Shown here piece after piece: positions 63,429-64,000 of a stretch of DNA of 64,000 nt. The notes under the pieces are model-generated. The model was not told the DNA's origin and did not search any database. It saw only the letters and a program-made list of their open reading frames with translations. The DNA lies in the IMG/VR virus record IMGVR_UViG_3300048587_000983; one strand, given 5' to 3'. This DNA comes from a virus. Made by a program: the position numbers and the translations under genes. Position 1 is the stretch's first letter; each line of letters starts with the position of its first letter.

Positions 63429-64000
63429 ATGCAAATCAAAACGATCACAGTGAAAGCCGACCTCGACGTAATCGGTATCGTCAACATGAACGGCCGCTCG
63501 ACGACGGCCAAGCAAAAAAACCATCTCTTCGCAAAAAGGGACGCCCTCGGCTTTGACTTCACGTCGAGCCGCCTTCTTCGGCGGACGATCTTCGCTGACC
63601 TCATGCCGCGTCAGCCGGCAACCCGCGAGATGTATGACAACGCGGTGCCCATCGCGGCTTCCATGATAGGGATTGTACGAGGGCTCATGATGCCTGAGCG
63701 CGGCTGCAAAAGGACGAGCCCTCTTTGCGTTCTTGATGCCTACACGCGAAAGGAATACACGCGCCAAAGGAAGACCACTGAGGGGCTTGATGCGCGGGCT
63801 TATCGGGCCACATTCAGTGACATTGGCCGCAGCTCAAAGCCGCAGGAGACAAACCTCACGAATAAAAAAGGCGAAAAAGTAAGCGACACGAGCTTTTGGA
63901 GCAAGGACAACGCCGGCAGGCGTCTTCAGGATTTTGAAGCCAAAATCGATTTCTCCGCTCTGAGCTTTATCTCGCTCAACTACGGCGACGACGCCATTAT
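63429..64000 (+). CDS. cas7: Cas7-family protein resembling Csp1 (type I-B/I-PGING), partial
   Basis: Not in ORF track (runs off the end). MQIKTITVKADLDVIGIVNMNG...TSSRLLRRTIFADLMP...IGIVRGLMM...KRTSPLCVLDA...DTSFWSKDNAG...IDFSALSFISL matches in order the Csp1 blocks as I recall them (L...GIVN, SS..LR..IF...P, G..RG.M, KR.SPL...DA, DTS...K...G, D...L.FIS). Confidence 0.75.
   Translation, partial: MQIKTITVKADLDVIGIVNMNGRSTTAKQKNHLFAKRDALGFDFTSSRLLRRTIFADLMPRQPATREMYDNAVPIAASMIGIVRGLMMPERGCKRTSPLCVLDAYTRKEYTRQRKTTEGLDARAYRATFSDIGRSSKPQETNLTNKKGEKVSDTSFWSKDNAGRRLQDFEAKIDFSALSFISLNYGDDAI

Overview
This window is part of a large (jumbo-type) tailed phage genome, about 58-60% GC by eye, read in standard code 11. 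Bases 1-51677 are a tightly coupled minus-strand virion morphogenesis block. Read against coordinate order it contains a tail assembly chaperone with a -1 frameshift site, tape measure protein, baseplate hub/wedge/J proteins of a contractile tail, and an embedded sigma-like factor. These are followed by small head-associated proteins (J-domain, HiPIP-like), several very large fibre/adhesin proteins including two Gly-rich paralogs, two 2OG-Fe(II) oxygenases, a holin and the portal (cut by the window start). From 51735 a plus-strand replication block carries a SNF2-like helicase and an AEP primase-helicase. A minus-strand RNA cluster follows: tmRNA, then an aberrant tRNA-like RNA with an 85-nt branched variable arm and an 11-nt anticodon loop, then a third ~120-nt structured RNA candidate. 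The window ends with a ~500-nt densely structured plus-strand non-coding region directly upstream of a Cas6e-like gene and a Csp1/Cas7-like gene (cut by the window end). I saw no CRISPR array in the window. Family assignments come from motif recognition by eye, not database searches. Starts were adjusted from the ORF track where stop/start overlaps or SD sites supported it.
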